A DNA stretch of 64,000 bases, taken from the sequence record PP449093.1; one strand, 5' to 3'. Shown here piece by piece: positions 24,105-35,534 of the stretch; position 1 is the stretch's first letter, and the number at the start of each line of letters is the position of its first letter. The notes under the pieces are model-generated. The model worked only from the letters and a program-made list of their open reading frames with translations, was not told where the DNA came from and made no database searches. This DNA comes from Escherichia coli phage phiS. The translations under genes and the position numbers were made by a program.

Positions 24105-24349
24105 TTTCTATTACTCCACATACCGAAAGTTGGATTATACACAAAATAGATAGCTTCGTCGATAGTCTTGAATCGTTTAGTGTCATTCATGAAGTTGATA
24201 CCCTCCCATAGTTCATCGGTGTAATCGGCTAATGATGAATGAGTATGATCGATGATCTCTCCGATCTTTTCACCGTTCGCGATCACATCCCAACCGCAAG
24301 GGGATACCTGAATTGCTTCACAATTATCTGTAAATTTACGACGTGCCAT
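24092..24349 (-). CDS. hypothetical protein (85 aa)
   Basis: ORF in the island between gp8 and gp9; no recognisable motif. Confidence 0.5.
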   Translation of the reverse strand: MARRKFTDNCEAIQVSPCGWDVIANGEKIGEIIDHTHSSLADYTDELWEGINFMNDTKRFKTIDEAIYFVYNPTFGMWSNRKWHA

Positions 24350-24459
24350 AATTTATCCTCCGTTGTTTAGATGTGTGTATTATACCTTACCAAATAAGAT
24401 TGTCAACACCAAAAATGGAAAAAGCCAACTCTCTCGAATTGGCTTTTAAAATCATACAC

Positions 24460-25455
24460 TTAGAACTCAAACAATACAGAAACAAGTTCTGTTTGATCTA
24501 ATGACCGAACGATAGGTTGTCGGTTTTCCATGTAGACCATTTCGCCTGAGTGTGGCTCTAAGTCTTGCGGACGATACTTATCTTTAACCGCTTTAACGTC
24601 TGGATCGCTAGGACGTGCTTTCTTTTCCAATGGGTTAAGGATAATGCTTAACTGACGGAAACCAGTATTACCCACTAACGCGGTAGTTGGGAATTGTGCA
24701 GAGTCCATATAAGCCTGAAAACGCAAAGTTACTACTTTCAGCCGATAAAGCAGATTATAGTCATTATACCAGGTGATCACATTGTCATAGCCCCAACGCG
24801 CCGGATCTTGTCGCAGTTCATCGGGGAACGGTACAACAATATGTTCATTGGTGCAACGGTTGATCGCCGCATCAGGTGGAATTGTGTACAGATATTCCCA
24901 ACGATACCCATCACCCATATCAATAGAATCGCCCTTTCCTACAGGTGGCGCAATTGATTCATGAGTGGGGGTCCACTTTCCGCCCAACTTCAAACACTCT
25001 ACTTTATCGTCAATGCTTGAAATCGAGCAGTAACCGCGATCAGGAACATCGGTTACGCGATACACCATCCAGCCGCTACCAACATCAGTTCGGTTATATG
25101 GTGCTGAGTTGACAACAACAATGTCATTGATAAAGAATGTGCGCGGGTTATCCTGTCCGGTATCACCCCAATCTTTACGAGGTATAACCGCATCAAGAAG
25201 TGATTTGTTAATCTTAACCGCCCCCAACATATGGGTCCACATATCAACAACGCCAGCCGTTGAATCGGTCGGATAAGGTGGGGCAAAGCCCACCTCTTTT
25301 TCGTTTTCTGACCACGGCTCCGAACGTCCAAACGTTCCATAAATTGTAATTTGATTTGCTCCATCGCCTACAGAATTATAGAAGTTCAGAAGTTTTTCTG
25401 TTCTGAATTTGCTAGTAATGATTGAGCGATAGATCACACTATTTTCATTAGCCAT
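24460..25455 (-). CDS. 8: baseplate wedge protein gp8
   Basis: 331-aa ORF; T4 gp8 size (334 aa); start overlaps gp7 stop. Confidence 0.75.
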   Translation of the reverse strand: MANENSVIYRSIITSKFRTEKLLNFYNSVGDGANQITIYGTFGRSEPWSENEKEVGFAPPYPTDSTAGVVDMWTHMLGAVKINKSLLDAVIPRKDWGDTGQDNPRTFFINDIVVVNSAPYNRTDVGSGWMVYRVTDVPDRGYCSISSIDDKVECLKLGGKWTPTHESIAPPVGKGDSIDMGDGYRWEYLYTIPPDAAINRCTNEHIVVPFPDELRQDPARWGYDNVITWYNDYNLLYRLKVVTLRFQAYMDSAQFPTTALVGNTGFRQLSIILNPLEKKARPSDPDVKAVKDKYRPQDLEPHSGEMVYMENRQPIVRSLDQTELVSVLFEF

Positions 25456-28400
25456 TAATTTTCCTCTGTGTCGGATTCTTCGGATCGCGTGGATTCCCTA
25501 TATTATCCTTCAACCGTTTATCTACAAGTTCACGGAACATAGAGAATGTTACCGCCGACTGGTCAAACAGTGGACTCATTGCAAATCTTCGTTCGCTTGC
25601 TTTAAGTCCGTGGAACAATTCGCTGTTCTCCTGATCATATTCAGGAGGAACGGGGAACTCTTCGCCCATTGTCGGTGACGTTAAGTATAATGCTTTCCCT
25701 GTTAGTGGGTCAATCTTAATGTTTCCGTCAACGTCAAGGTCTGCCACCCGATCAGGATACACGCTAGGCAATCCGCTGTCAAACTTATAATTTTTCAGAG
25801 ATTGAATTATAGTCTCGGTGTGCTTCATGCTCAACCCGCTGTTAATGAACATCGTAAGCAGGGTAACACCGATAAACCCAAAGCCGACAGGATGAACGAA
25901 TCGCATTACATCATTTGCATAGCGCGAAACTGGCAATGCACTTTTAATCTTCATGGTGTATTGGCTTCGTGAGCGGTTGATATAGTCGATTGAACTACTC
26001 AACAACTCTTTACCACGTACACCAACAAGGATCATCCCCTCAAACGCTGTTTTCTCTGATTTGATCACTTGACCTTCTTCGAACCGTCCGATCAGGTTAT
26101 GAATGGTTACTCGCCAGCGTAGGCGACCACCTTCATATTCCCTTTCAAGATACGTCACGTTAGCCCGTCCGGTTGGAGTATAGATCGTGCGACCTACGAT
26201 ATCCTCGTCAATGTTCGTTGAACTAACAACAATATCATACTCTAGTCCGGCTTGTGATTCAACCTCAATTTCCACATCTTCATTATAAAGTAACTTAAAC
26301 AAGAACTTGTAAGAAGCCTCCACGCCCTTAGTGGAATAAAAATCTGATTTGCGGGATTCAAAGAATCTTACGACCGCATCTCGCTTGTTTTTATCTGCAT
26401 AGATGTTTCGTTTGTTCATCTCTGACCAAAGATACTCATATGCATCTTGCTCGCGTGGATATTTGTTTTTAATCAGATTTTTTAGTTTATTATAATATGT
26501 TCCTGAACCATCACTTAAGAATTGCAGATAATATTCAGAGAATTTTCTGAAATTTTCGTTCTCAAGTAAAAAGCTATCAGGTGTCATCTTATTCAGTAAA
26601 GGTCGCAAATCTGGGTCTTGCTCTCTGTCATAATGAACAGGAACCCAGGGAACCTCTCGGACCTGATTTTGCAGTTCAGCAACAAATGCTACATTTGTAG
26701 GTTTCCAATATACACCAACCAGATCGCGAACACGATAGTTAAATTGATAGAATCCAATGATCTCTCCCGTGTTTTTATGGAACATTACACCGGATGCATA
26801 TTGTTTGAACCCTTCAAATTTAACATTGTTAAGATAACAGGTCACGGTCCCTTTATCATAAACTTCACGGTTAATTCTGTTTTTATCAAGAATGCCGGAA
26901 GTATCAACGTCTTGAGTATAGATAACCTCTGGATAAACAACCAACGGGCGATTATCATTTGTGATCCACACACGAACACCATTTCGACGCATCCATGTAT
27001 AATCAGCCTCATTATAATACGCTTGCGGTCCTAATTCCCAAATACGCAAATCATCATAACTTGCTCTGAAAGTAGTTTGATGTATTTTCTTATCAGTTAG
27101 ATAAGTTGGCTCCTGAGAATATTTTACAGCTTCGCTTAATTCATATTTCGCGGCAGTTTCTGGATCAGGTAAAATGCTTTCGAAATGATGATTATAATGG
27201 CTTATGAACACCTCATCACCATTGGTTGACATATTACTGAACCCATGCTGAATATATTCCCTTTCCTGCGGAGTGTTGCCAAATACTCTCTGAAAAGACA
27301 GACCATCACTCCCAATTAAGTATACACCCGCATCGTCTGACGGAACAACGTTTTCTGGTTTAGTTGGATCTTGATAACGCTGTTTAACTTCACCCGTAAC
27401 AAATACAAGCAATTTACCGTCGATCACATCCATTTTCTGAATGACAGCTTTATCATTTCCTGTTACTCGGATAACATCAGGATCGAATATTTTTTCTCCA
27501 AACGTAGGCGAACCCTGTACGGTATCGACCGGAGTATTCTTAAGGCGAATCCTGCGAATAACATCCTTAGCACCAACCCACAAATAATCGTCACTACACG
27601 CCATCGCTTCGGCGTATTTTGTGGTGTCGCCTGTTAATCGGGAAAATACGCCAAATACCTCAACGTCAAACCCTAAATCGTTCTCGTCACCAACCTTTGC
27701 AAAAGTGATCGTATCATCACTAAATCGAACATCGTCCGCGCTCCATCGAGTATCGCTCGCTTGTCGTCCGTAAAAGATTCGGTCATAACCTAAAACGTAA
27801 GTAGTTGTTTTAGACTGATAAACGCATGTACGGGAAACCGGATTGCCTACACGGTCATTAAAAGCCTTGTATGCTTTCCATGATTGACCTTTATCATTTG
27901 ACACTTTCACGATCGGCTGGAACCGTTCGAAAAGGTACAAAACACCGTTCATTTCCGCTAACATAGTGCGGTTTATATCAATACAAACTTTTTCTATGTG
28001 ATCCTGTATTTCATGAAAGTTCTCATCAACTACAATGTAGTTTGAGATATTTGTCATGTTTGCATATTCAGGACTAAAGACAAAATCTTCCTTCATCAAT
28101 GATGCTTGAATCAGGTCAGTATTAAACTTGACATACTCTCGATTATCGTATGTAAATTTTTCCTTTATAAACTCATTTGCAAGGTTGAACTCTCGCATCA
28201 TAGAAAAATTATATGCGTTTGTTTTAAATGTCTGAAACTCTTCTGTTTCAACCCATTTACTTTGTTCAAATCCTTCTGCGGCTACTGCTACACGAAACTT
28301 GTAATAATATTCTGGAAAAAGGTTTTTATCCTCAAACCAGTTTTGTTCGGCAGTATATCCCAGGTTTACCCAGCTTAACTCATCGACGGGGATGATCTCC

Positions 28401-28534
28401 CCGTCTCGTGTTCTGGTTTCGGCTAACTCCACAAAATAAAAGAAGTTTTCGCCTACGTCATCCCATGTGATATACGCCTGATTAGCAGACAATTTTTCTA
28501 TTGTCAAGCTAGTTACACTAGGCGCTTTAATCAT
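25448..28534 (-). CDS. 7: baseplate wedge initiator gp7
   Basis: 1028-aa ORF; T4 gp7 size (1032 aa) and synteny. Confidence 0.8.
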   Translation of the reverse strand: MIKAPSVTSLTIEKLSANQAYITWDDVGENFFYFVELAETRTRDGEIIPVDELSWVNLGYTAEQNWFEDKNLFPEYYYKFRVAVAAEGFEQSKWVETEEFQTFKTNAYNFSMMREFNLANEFIKEKFTYDNREYVKFNTDLIQASLMKEDFVFSPEYANMTNISNYIVVDENFHEIQDHIEKVCIDINRTMLAEMNGVLYLFERFQPIVKVSNDKGQSWKAYKAFNDRVGNPVSRTCVYQSKTTTYVLGYDRIFYGRQASDTRWSADDVRFSDDTITFAKVGDENDLGFDVEVFGVFSRLTGDTTKYAEAMACSDDYLWVGAKDVIRRIRLKNTPVDTVQGSPTFGEKIFDPDVIRVTGNDKAVIQKMDVIDGKLLVFVTGEVKQRYQDPTKPENVVPSDDAGVYLIGSDGLSFQRVFGNTPQEREYIQHGFSNMSTNGDEVFISHYNHHFESILPDPETAAKYELSEAVKYSQEPTYLTDKKIHQTTFRASYDDLRIWELGPQAYYNEADYTWMRRNGVRVWITNDNRPLVVYPEVIYTQDVDTSGILDKNRINREVYDKGTVTCYLNNVKFEGFKQYASGVMFHKNTGEIIGFYQFNYRVRDLVGVYWKPTNVAFVAELQNQVREVPWVPVHYDREQDPDLRPLLNKMTPDSFLLENENFRKFSEYYLQFLSDGSGTYYNKLKNLIKNKYPREQDAYEYLWSEMNKRNIYADKNKRDAVVRFFESRKSDFYSTKGVEASYKFLFKLLYNEDVEIEVESQAGLEYDIVVSSTNIDEDIVGRTIYTPTGRANVTYLEREYEGGRLRWRVTIHNLIGRFEEGQVIKSEKTAFEGMILVGVRGKELLSSSIDYINRSRSQYTMKIKSALPVSRYANDVMRFVHPVGFGFIGVTLLTMFINSGLSMKHTETIIQSLKNYKFDSGLPSVYPDRVADLDVDGNIKIDPLTGKALYLTSPTMGEEFPVPPEYDQENSELFHGLKASERRFAMSPLFDQSAVTFSMFRELVDKRLKDNIGNPRDPKNPTQRKING

Positions 28535-30435
28535 TGAGCAATTGCCTCCAGACTAATAGTTGTGTACTGAGGACGGAGATCGTTTTCAAACACGATCAAA
28601 GAACCGTCTTTAGTAAAGATGTTATCAGCAATCGGTTTAGCTGTCAACTCAATATATGAACCAGTAAAGCGATCGCTATTGATATTCAGTTTACCCAGAT
28701 CCCATGAAATAAGGTCGTCATAATGCTTAACCTCTCCAACCTCAAAGTATAGGTCCGCACCGTCGATAACCTCTTTATCAAAATCAGTGCCGGAATAGTG
28801 CGGTAAAGCGATTGTAGAATCAACAGGGAAAGGTCCAACCAGCAATTTAGCTAAACCGGATTCTTTGTTCATTTCTGTACTTACATAATGGATCGGATAT
28901 TGCTTGTCGTCCTTTTCGAAGTTGAATGAACTAGACTTGATTCCGCTCTTATACTGGTTTAAAAACTTGATTCCAGCCATCGGTGCTTTATAGAAGTTGT
29001 CGATCTCTCGCACCATCTCGATTTCTGCACTAGAACCTATCACAGATACATCAGCTTTGTCAATACGCGCAAGCATTTTAGACTTACTAAAGGTCTGGTT
29101 AAAAATTTCCACTTCGTCGTTATAATATGCATCAATCTGATCAATAACCGCACCGCGCAGCCACTGTTCTGATTCAGACAAGTCATTTATTGAATATGAA
29201 ACTTTAATATTCTGTTTAATATACAGATAGTTAGGGTCAATGATGCTCGGTGTGATAGGGGCAAGATTATATTTTGCCAGATAATCCCGCATATCTTCTT
29301 TTTGAACAGTTGTCAAGCGCAAGCCAGATTTCGGCTTAACAGCAACAAAAGCATAACCTGGCTTTTCTCGGTCGGTGAAACATTGTACCGCCTGAACAAT
29401 ACTACCAAAACGGCTAGATACAAAAGCCTCATAGTCGGAAGCAGTAACACAACGACGCTGAGATTCACGCATTACCGGAGCAAGTTCACGAATACGTTCG
29501 ATTGATTCAGGATCACCACCACCATCTGCGCCGACATAATCACGATCATTTGTCGGATTCTCAATAATTTTAACAATAGAGATAGATGCAAGGGTATCCG
29601 CATATGTAAAATTAACTGAACCGTTTGCTTCCGCTCCCTTAGTGCTGATATATTCGATAACAATATTAGCACCAGTTGACGGCTTAAGGCCACCAATATA
29701 ATTTGCTTCCAGCGCCCCGCCAGCCGCAGATAAGGTTGATTCACCTTCACCAAAGAAGATTTCTGTATGTCCGTCTACGGTTTCGCGCATATAGAAAATA
29801 TTGCTTGCACCAGTTGCATTAACAATACTTTCGCGCGTCCAGTCTTTCCATTCAGCACCGTCTACCCACAACTTAACCTGAGCGCGGTCAATATCAGGAT
29901 CGCGGATCAGAATTTGTTTCTTCGGATCAAATAACATCTCTGTACGAACGATACGACCTTGTGCGACTTTAAGCATAGGCGTATATAAACCATTTGAACC
30001 TAAAACGCTCACAACGTCTTCTGTAGTAACAAATGGGTAAGAAGTCTGGCGATCCACACTTGCAATAAATTTAGTTCCTCGTGGGATTCGAATACTTGCC
30101 GGATTTCGCGGATGTGTTACGTGCAACATAATTGTAGTCGATGCACTAGTTTTACTTGCTGGCAAATATCCTAAATCTTGCGCGGCTTGAACAACTGAAC
30201 TACGCTTAATTGCAGTTCTGATAAAAGATTCATATAGCGCGGCGTTAGCGAATTGCTGAATATACAGAGTGTTATATGCGAGCAAGTCCATCAATACGTT
30301 AATACCAGCACCATTAAAATCAAAATCTTTAAATTCTTCCTGGTTTCTCATCCAGTCTGTTAATGCGCTTTTAATTTCATCGAATGTGGCAGCATTAAAA
30401 ATGTCAGGGATTTGTGTAATCTTTTGCTTTGTCAT
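28531..30435 (-). CDS. 6: baseplate wedge protein gp6
   Basis: 634-aa ORF; T4 gp6 size (660 aa) and synteny. Confidence 0.8.
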   Translation of the reverse strand: MTKQKITQIPDIFNAATFDEIKSALTDWMRNQEEFKDFDFNGAGINVLMDLLAYNTLYIQQFANAALYESFIRTAIKRSSVVQAAQDLGYLPASKTSASTTIMLHVTHPRNPASIRIPRGTKFIASVDRQTSYPFVTTEDVVSVLGSNGLYTPMLKVAQGRIVRTEMLFDPKKQILIRDPDIDRAQVKLWVDGAEWKDWTRESIVNATGASNIFYMRETVDGHTEIFFGEGESTLSAAGGALEANYIGGLKPSTGANIVIEYISTKGAEANGSVNFTYADTLASISIVKIIENPTNDRDYVGADGGGDPESIERIRELAPVMRESQRRCVTASDYEAFVSSRFGSIVQAVQCFTDREKPGYAFVAVKPKSGLRLTTVQKEDMRDYLAKYNLAPITPSIIDPNYLYIKQNIKVSYSINDLSESEQWLRGAVIDQIDAYYNDEVEIFNQTFSKSKMLARIDKADVSVIGSSAEIEMVREIDNFYKAPMAGIKFLNQYKSGIKSSSFNFEKDDKQYPIHYVSTEMNKESGLAKLLVGPFPVDSTIALPHYSGTDFDKEVIDGADLYFEVGEVKHYDDLISWDLGKLNINSDRFTGSYIELTAKPIADNIFTKDGSLIVFENDLRPQYTTISLEAIAQ

Positions 30436-30725
30436 TTTATAAACACCTTCGGTGATGCCATAGCGACGGTATCGCCACAGCTAATACGGTCTGCCATTTG
30501 AATTGCTTTCTTTCCGGTAACAAATACTTTCGGGGTACTGGCGACCGTAGTTCCCCCGTGTGTATCATAAGGTTTTGTTGTTCTTGTATGTGGGATTATA
30601 GAATCACCTTCCACCAATACCGGAATACCTTCAACGAATACTTTAGATTGAGATGCATTAATCATTGTAGGCGGAAAATTTGAATGCCCTGTTGTTTTTG
30701 CTTTATCATAAGATAATCCAGCCAT
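30432..30725 (-). CDS. 5.4: baseplate spike tip protein gp5.4 (PAAR-repeat)
   Basis: 97-aa ORF; MAGLSYDK...[15 protein letters not shown]...[42 protein letters not shown] closely resembles recalled T4 gp5.4. Confidence 0.85.
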   Translation of the reverse strand: MAGLSYDKAKTTGHSNFPPTMINASQSKVFVEGIPVLVEGDSIIPHTRTTKPYDTHGGTTVASTPKVFVTGKKAIQMADRISCGDTVAMASPKVFIK

Positions 30726-31291
30726 TAAACACCCCTATGTACATAATCTCTTAATTGCTCTGCCCAGATATCCCAATTACCGAAAACTGTTTGAGTATAA
30801 ACTTTCTCTATTGTGTGCTCGGTTACTACCGGAGGCGGATTAGTTTCACCAGCACCCTCTCGGCTATTGGAACCACCACTATTTCCTTCACCGGAACCAC
30901 CAGAAGACTCCGAAACAGATTGGATATAGGTTAGGGTTACTTTATAAGTATAAACCTCCTGTAGACGTGTAGGAGCGTTAAAATAATATAGATCTGCGGT
31001 AGTTGGATCTGGTAAATCATCAAAACTTCCGGCAGATTTTTTAATTCGATCTTTCGTTATATATTTAAGAGAATCCTCGCCAAGCGAAAAACTATCCCGA
31101 TACTCACCAGATATTTTAGTTTCTTCAACGGTAACGCCCTTATTAGGGCGATACTCGATGATCTTAAACTCTTTAATCGTGTATGTGGTATTTGCATCAG
31201 GTGGCGTTGCTTTATAAGAGAACACCACCTCAAAGATTTCTCGCTCGCTGATATCCTCCAATTTTGAACTCATCGGAAGAATTTCAACCAT
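30725..31291 (-). CDS. hypothetical protein in the position of T4 gene 5.1
   Basis: 188-aa ORF between gp5 and gp5.4; Gly/Ser-rich C-terminal stretch. Confidence 0.55.
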   Translation of the reverse strand: MVEILPMSSKLEDISEREIFEVVFSYKATPPDANTTYTIKEFKIIEYRPNKGVTVEETKISGEYRDSFSLGEDSLKYITKDRIKKSAGSFDDLPDPTTADLYYFNAPTRLQEVYTYKVTLTYIQSVSESSGGSGEGNSGGSNSREGAGETNPPPVVTEHTIEKVYTQTVFGNWDIWAEQLRDYVHRGV

Positions 31292-31299
31292 TAGTTACC

Positions 31300-33099
31300 T
31301 CACCCAAGATCAATACGGCTACCATCAATTTTAACTGTACCCGATGCAATATCTTTAACGTTTGCACCACAATTACGGGACCAGTCACCATTAACCTGAT
31401 CTGATTTAGTGCCATTGACGGTCATATTAAAATTACCTTCAACGGTTAAATCATAGTTACCTTTAATTGTCTCGGTAGTATTACCCTCGATCATTAATTC
31501 AGCATTACCCTTGACGTTAGCCGTCAAATTAGCGTCAAGCTGTGCGGTAACATCACCTACAACATGCATATTCGCAGTACCCTCAACGGTCTGATTAACA
31601 TTGCCACGAATAAATTCAGTGACGTTACCATCAACGGTTTGCATCACATTACCCATATAATAAACTTGCGCGTCACCTTCAACAACAACTTGCAGATTGC
31701 CTTTAACGTTGACTTTGCGACCTTGCTTAACGATCAAATAATCATCACCTTCAATCTTTTCTACCCTCGTTCCGTCCGGTCTGGTTTCTTCAAATGTACC
31801 AGAAGGATGTTTACGATGATATCGCTCGTGAGAAGGAGTATCATCAATCTCTATAATATGACCGCTCTCTGACTCGTATACATGGTTATAAGGATACCTT
31901 GCAGAATACGAACTCTTAGGCTCTTTAAACATGATTCGTGTGTCTTGTGGGGTAAACGGTGCTTCTGGGTCTTCTTCTGCTCTCTGTGTCTTATAGGCAG
32001 CAATACGGGCTTTTCTTAAACGCTCTCTAGGATCATCAGAAATTGATTCCTCTTTCTTTGTAGCAATTACGCCATATGATTCTAAGTTACCAGTAAGAAT
32101 AATTTTAGAAACACGGTTGGAGCGTCCTGGAGTTTGACTAGCCCATACAGATTGACGTAATCCATCATAGGCTTGTTTCCATTCTTCCGCCAGCATTGCA
32201 GCAAGACTATTCTTAAATTTACCCAATCCACCAACGCCCATTTGAAACGCCATATTTTCTAATGCCATACGACGAGAAGCATTACATTTATTATAGACAG
32301 GTGCAATACGTGGATGTTTGCGCATATCACGACGGGTCTTTTCTATATCGTCAGCAAATACTTTACTAACTTCTTCGGCGGTAAGTCTTCCGTTTGTAAC
32401 TTCACGCCCTACCAGCTTAGAAAGTTCATTATTGATAATACCCAGATCACTGGTTTTCTTATAAATGATCAAATGCCCGATCCCTATTGTCGGATATCCT
32501 TCTGAATCAAGATACCATTTCTCGCGATATCCCTCATCGCCCCGCAGCATTTTTTCTATTGTAAAATCAGGATTATCATCAACCGGAATTTGGTCTAATG
32601 GCTCGTCGTCTGGATTTACTGCAACTCCAGTGTTTTCATCTCGAATATAGACACTATCAGGTTTTGTTGTTTGTCCGGTTTCTGGGTTAATACCGCCACG
32701 GGCAAGAATATTAACATCATTACCAATATAACGAGGATATGCACCAGAAGGGTCACAAAAACCTTCTGTAGTGAGTGGTTTCTCTGTATATTGTCCGGCA
32801 ATAGTACCCAGAATAACGCAGTTTAAATAACGTTCATCTAAAGCCAAACCAAATACCATTGAACCTTCAACAATACCAGTAGGACTTTGACCTATACCGG
32901 AGATCGCCGCGCTTGTAATATCTTGTACTGGAGTAATCCATAATAGATCTTCGGTTGGGAGACCTTGAATGTCACCGTGTGCGGATAGCGAAGGATGTAT
33001 ACCATGAATCCTAACCTGAACACGCCCCAGCATTAATGGGTCTTCCCTGTTTTCTACAATTCCGGTAAACCATTTAACGGAGTTATTAAACATTAGCAT
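31300..33099 (-). CDS. 5: baseplate hub and tail lysozyme gp5
   Basis: 599-aa ORF; T4-lysozyme-like block DSEGYPTIGIGHLI; C-terminal VxGxxxxx beta-helix repeats. Confidence 0.9.
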   Translation of the reverse strand: MLMFNNSVKWFTGIVENREDPLMLGRVQVRIHGIHPSLSAHGDIQGLPTEDLLWITPVQDITSAAISGIGQSPTGIVEGSMVFGLALDERYLNCVILGTIAGQYTEKPLTTEGFCDPSGAYPRYIGNDVNILARGGINPETGQTTKPDSVYIRDENTGVAVNPDDEPLDQIPVDDNPDFTIEKMLRGDEGYREKWYLDSEGYPTIGIGHLIIYKKTSDLGIINNELSKLVGREVTNGRLTAEEVSKVFADDIEKTRRDMRKHPRIAPVYNKCNASRRMALENMAFQMGVGGLGKFKNSLAAMLAEEWKQAYDGLRQSVWASQTPGRSNRVSKIILTGNLESYGVIATKKEESISDDPRERLRKARIAAYKTQRAEEDPEAPFTPQDTRIMFKEPKSSYSARYPYNHVYESESGHIIEIDDTPSHERYHRKHPSGTFEETRPDGTRVEKIEGDDYLIVKQGRKVNVKGNLQVVVEGDAQVYYMGNVMQTVDGNVTEFIRGNVNQTVEGTANMHVVGDVTAQLDANLTANVKGNAELMIEGNTTETIKGNYDLTVEGNFNMTVNGTKSDQVNGDWSRNCGANVKDIASGTVKIDGSRIDLG

Positions 33100-33110
33100 A
33101 ATTAATCACC

Positions 33111-33665
33111 TTACACATCAGCCTTTTCCATTTCTCGAATGAATGCGTTAATAAATTGTTTAATTTGTGTAGGATCTATGATCTTGATCTTGCGTCGTTC
33201 CTCGTTGCGGAGGATCGCATCTTCCAGTGTATCTACTGCCGATAATGCACCATGAAACTGCAAATGACGGTGATGAATATCACCTTTATCATACCAATTG
33301 CTTGATCCTTTCGGATATTCGGTAAGATTCCAATACTTGTTTCCGTCAATATCAACGTGGTATAATACTTGATTTCCTCCTACATTTGCATATCGTTGTT
33401 CGGCTGATTCATATGCTGTCTCTTGATCGGTGATCCAGTCATGAAACGGATCGTATACGTCATTAAGCATCAGCAAGATCCAATAAAGTTGCTGGTTTCC
33501 GTATACTTCATATGCAACCTGTTCCGGTCGTGGGCTACCTTGAATGTAATATGTTTGTATGTTATAATCAGAAATTATTGCATTGAAATATGCGCGGTAA
33601 TTGCGCACAATGTCAGTAATCATCTTGCCGTTGTATTCAATGGCAGGGAAGAAAGAAAAGAGCAT
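33111..33665 (-). CDS. 53: baseplate wedge protein gp53
   Basis: 184-aa ORF; T4 gp53 size and position at the end of the baseplate cluster. Confidence 0.7.
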   Translation of the reverse strand: MLFSFFPAIEYNGKMITDIVRNYRAYFNAIISDYNIQTYYIQGSPRPEQVAYEVYGNQQLYWILLMLNDVYDPFHDWITDQETAYESAEQRYANVGGNQVLYHVDIDGNKYWNLTEYPKGSSNWYDKGDIHHRHLQFHGALSAVDTLEDAILRNEERRKIKIIDPTQIKQFINAFIREMEKADV

Positions 33666-33697
33666 TTTAGCACCCTCAATTGATAAATAGTATTATG

Positions 33698-33705
33698 TAT
33701 TTATA
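33698..33705 (-). promoter_or_regulatory. T4-type late promoter (TATAAATA) for gene 53 in divergent region
   Basis: TATAAATA on the minus strand about 30 nt upstream of the gp53 ATG. Confidence 0.45.
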
Positions 33706-33712
33706 ATAAAGG

Positions 33713-34198
33713 GTGCTAAAAATGGGAGGATCTAACACTTATAAGGGCAAGTATAAGCCAGAAAATCCTGAGAAGTATAAAGGGAATAACTTACACAAGA
33801 TCACGTATCGGTCAAGCTGGGAGTTGCACATTTTTAAGTGGCTAGACCGTAACCCTAGAGTCGCTAAATGGGGGTCGGAGACCGTAGTGATTCCATACTG
33901 GTCCAGCGCCGATAACAAAAAAAGGCGCTACTACATGGATATATACGTTAAGTTTGATGATGGTAAAGAGCATTTATGGGAAATAAAACCAGCAAAAGAG
34001 ACAAGGCCACCAGAAAGGCCAAAAAGAATAACCACTAAGACTAAGCAAAGATATATGCAAGAGTGTTACACATACACAGTGAACACAGAAAAATGGAAAG
34101 CTGCGGTTGATTTATGCCAAAAGCATAACATGGAGTTTAAGATCATAACTGAACACGCATTAAAGAAAGTATTTGGCTTTAAAGGGCTTAACAAATAG
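33713..34198 (+). CDS. 4: head completion nuclease gp4
   Basis: 161-aa ORF with YKGKYKPENPEKY...ITYRSSWEL...EIKP motifs; T4 gene 4 position divergent from gene 53. Confidence 0.75.
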   Translation: MLKMGGSNTYKGKYKPENPEKYKGNNLHKITYRSSWELHIFKWLDRNPRVAKWGSETVVIPYWSSADNKKRRYYMDIYVKFDDGKEHLWEIKPAKETRPPERPKRITTKTKQRYMQECYTYTVNTEKWKAAVDLCQKHNMEFKIITEHALKKVFGFKGLNK

Positions 34199-34209
34199 AG
34201 GATAATATT

Positions 34210-35031
34210 ATGAGCGTATTTGAAATAATCACAGAAGACGAAAAGCCGTCTCCCCAAAAGCGAAAGTCTAAACAGTGGGTCGAATTGGGCGTAGAATTTG
34301 CGAAAGCAAAAGCCAAAGGCATGACAGCTAAAGCATTCGCAGATTCTAAGGGAATAGCCTATGCGACTTTCACTAAAAGTATGTCTCGTTATGCCAGCGA
34401 AATTAAAACAGCAATAGAAGTTGAAAAACTAAAAGGGAAAGGTGCAAAGGGTCTCAATAAGCAGCAACGCGCAATGATGATGATTAATGATTTTCGTGCG
34501 TCTATGCGTGCTGTATCAAAGAGTCGTCCTAAAGAAAAATCACAAGAGTGGTTTACTAAAACAATAAAATCGGGAATAAAGGGACACCAGATTGTAAAAC
34601 CGCAAGTAGGGAGAATCTATACCTTTATGTATGATGCGAAGTATAAAGACACTTTGCCATATTGGGATGTTTTCCCGCTGATCATTTGTCTGGGTGATTC
34701 TAAGACAAAGGCGGGTAATACTGTAATGCTGGGTCTTAACTTACACTATGTAACGCCTAAAGCCCGTCAGCAGTTTTTAGAGGCACTTTTAAAGCAATAT
34801 GCATCTACTCCTACCTTGAGTAATAAAACACGCTTAAAAATCAAATGGAGCGATGTAAAAGGTATGCGTGGAAGTGATCACATGATCAAAGCATATCTAC
34901 CGGGACACATTAAAACAAAACTTGTTGAGATTAGCCCGAAAGACTGGAGCAATATCATCTATATGCCAACATATCAGTTTATGTCAAAAGGCAAGAAATA
35001 CGACGCAAGGAAAGTCTGGAAGGATGCATAA
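34210..35031 (+). CDS. 2: DNA end protector protein gp2
   Basis: 273-aa ORF; T4 gp2 size (274 aa) and position after gene 4. Confidence 0.75.
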   Translation: MSVFEIITEDEKPSPQKRKSKQWVELGVEFAKAKAKGMTAKAFADSKGIAYATFTKSMSRYASEIKTAIEVEKLKGKGAKGLNKQQRAMMMINDFRASMRAVSKSRPKEKSQEWFTKTIKSGIKGHQIVKPQVGRIYTFMYDAKYKDTLPYWDVFPLIICLGDSKTKAGNTVMLGLNLHYVTPKARQQFLEALLKQYASTPTLSNKTRLKIKWSDVKGMRGSDHMIKAYLPGHIKTKLVEISPKDWSNIIYMPTYQFMSKGKKYDARKVWKDA

Positions 35032-35035
35032 GATT

Positions 35036-35062
35036 AAGCCCGTCAATGACGGGCTTTTTTAT
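35036..35062 (+). terminator. Rho-independent terminator after gene 2
   Basis: Hairpin AAGCCCGTCAATGACGGGCTT followed by TTTTTTATT. Confidence 0.6.
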
Positions 35063-35316
35063 TATAGATCGATAGCATGAGCATAACCATGTAAGAAGTC
35101 TTTTAATTCTTCCTTATTGGTAACACGCTGTAAAATCTCTAATGCCTTGTCGCGATCACGTAATGCACCTGAAAGGGATTTTATTTGTTCATCCCTTTCT
35201 GCAATCTGCTTAAGCAGATCTGTATTGCATTTAGACAAATAGAGAACTTCACCCCGCAATGTTGCTAATTCGTTATCCAAACGATCATAGAGTTTTAACA
35301 AAATGTCTTCTGTCAT
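35062..35316 (-). CDS. hypothetical coiled-coil protein (84 aa)
   Basis: Minus-strand ORF with GAGGA 5 nt upstream of ATG; helical heptad-like sequence. Confidence 0.4.
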   Translation of the reverse strand: MTEDILLKLYDRLDNELATLRGEVLYLSKCNTDLLKQIAERDEQIKSLSGALRDRDKALEILQRVTNKEELKDFLHGYAHAIDL

Positions 35317-35472
35317 AAGAAGTCCTCGTATAGTACCCGTTTTATTTATTACTGTATAAAAATATAGTTATTGGTTAAAACATAACCAAAACGAAGAAAG
35401 ATCTTATAGAATAATAAAAATTTGTTTCGGTTAAAAAGTAGTCAGTGCCTCCGGCACGTCGCAAAGCGACAA

Positions 35473-35501
35473 TTGACATTATATACTAGATATGTTAGAT
35501 T
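35473..35501 (+). promoter_or_regulatory. sigma70-like promoter (TTGACA-17-TAGATT)
   Basis: TTGACA at 35473 and TAGATT at 35496, upstream of the HNH-AP2 gene. Confidence 0.35.
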
Positions 35502-35534
35502 GATGTTGTTATTAATATTATCAGGAGAAAATGT

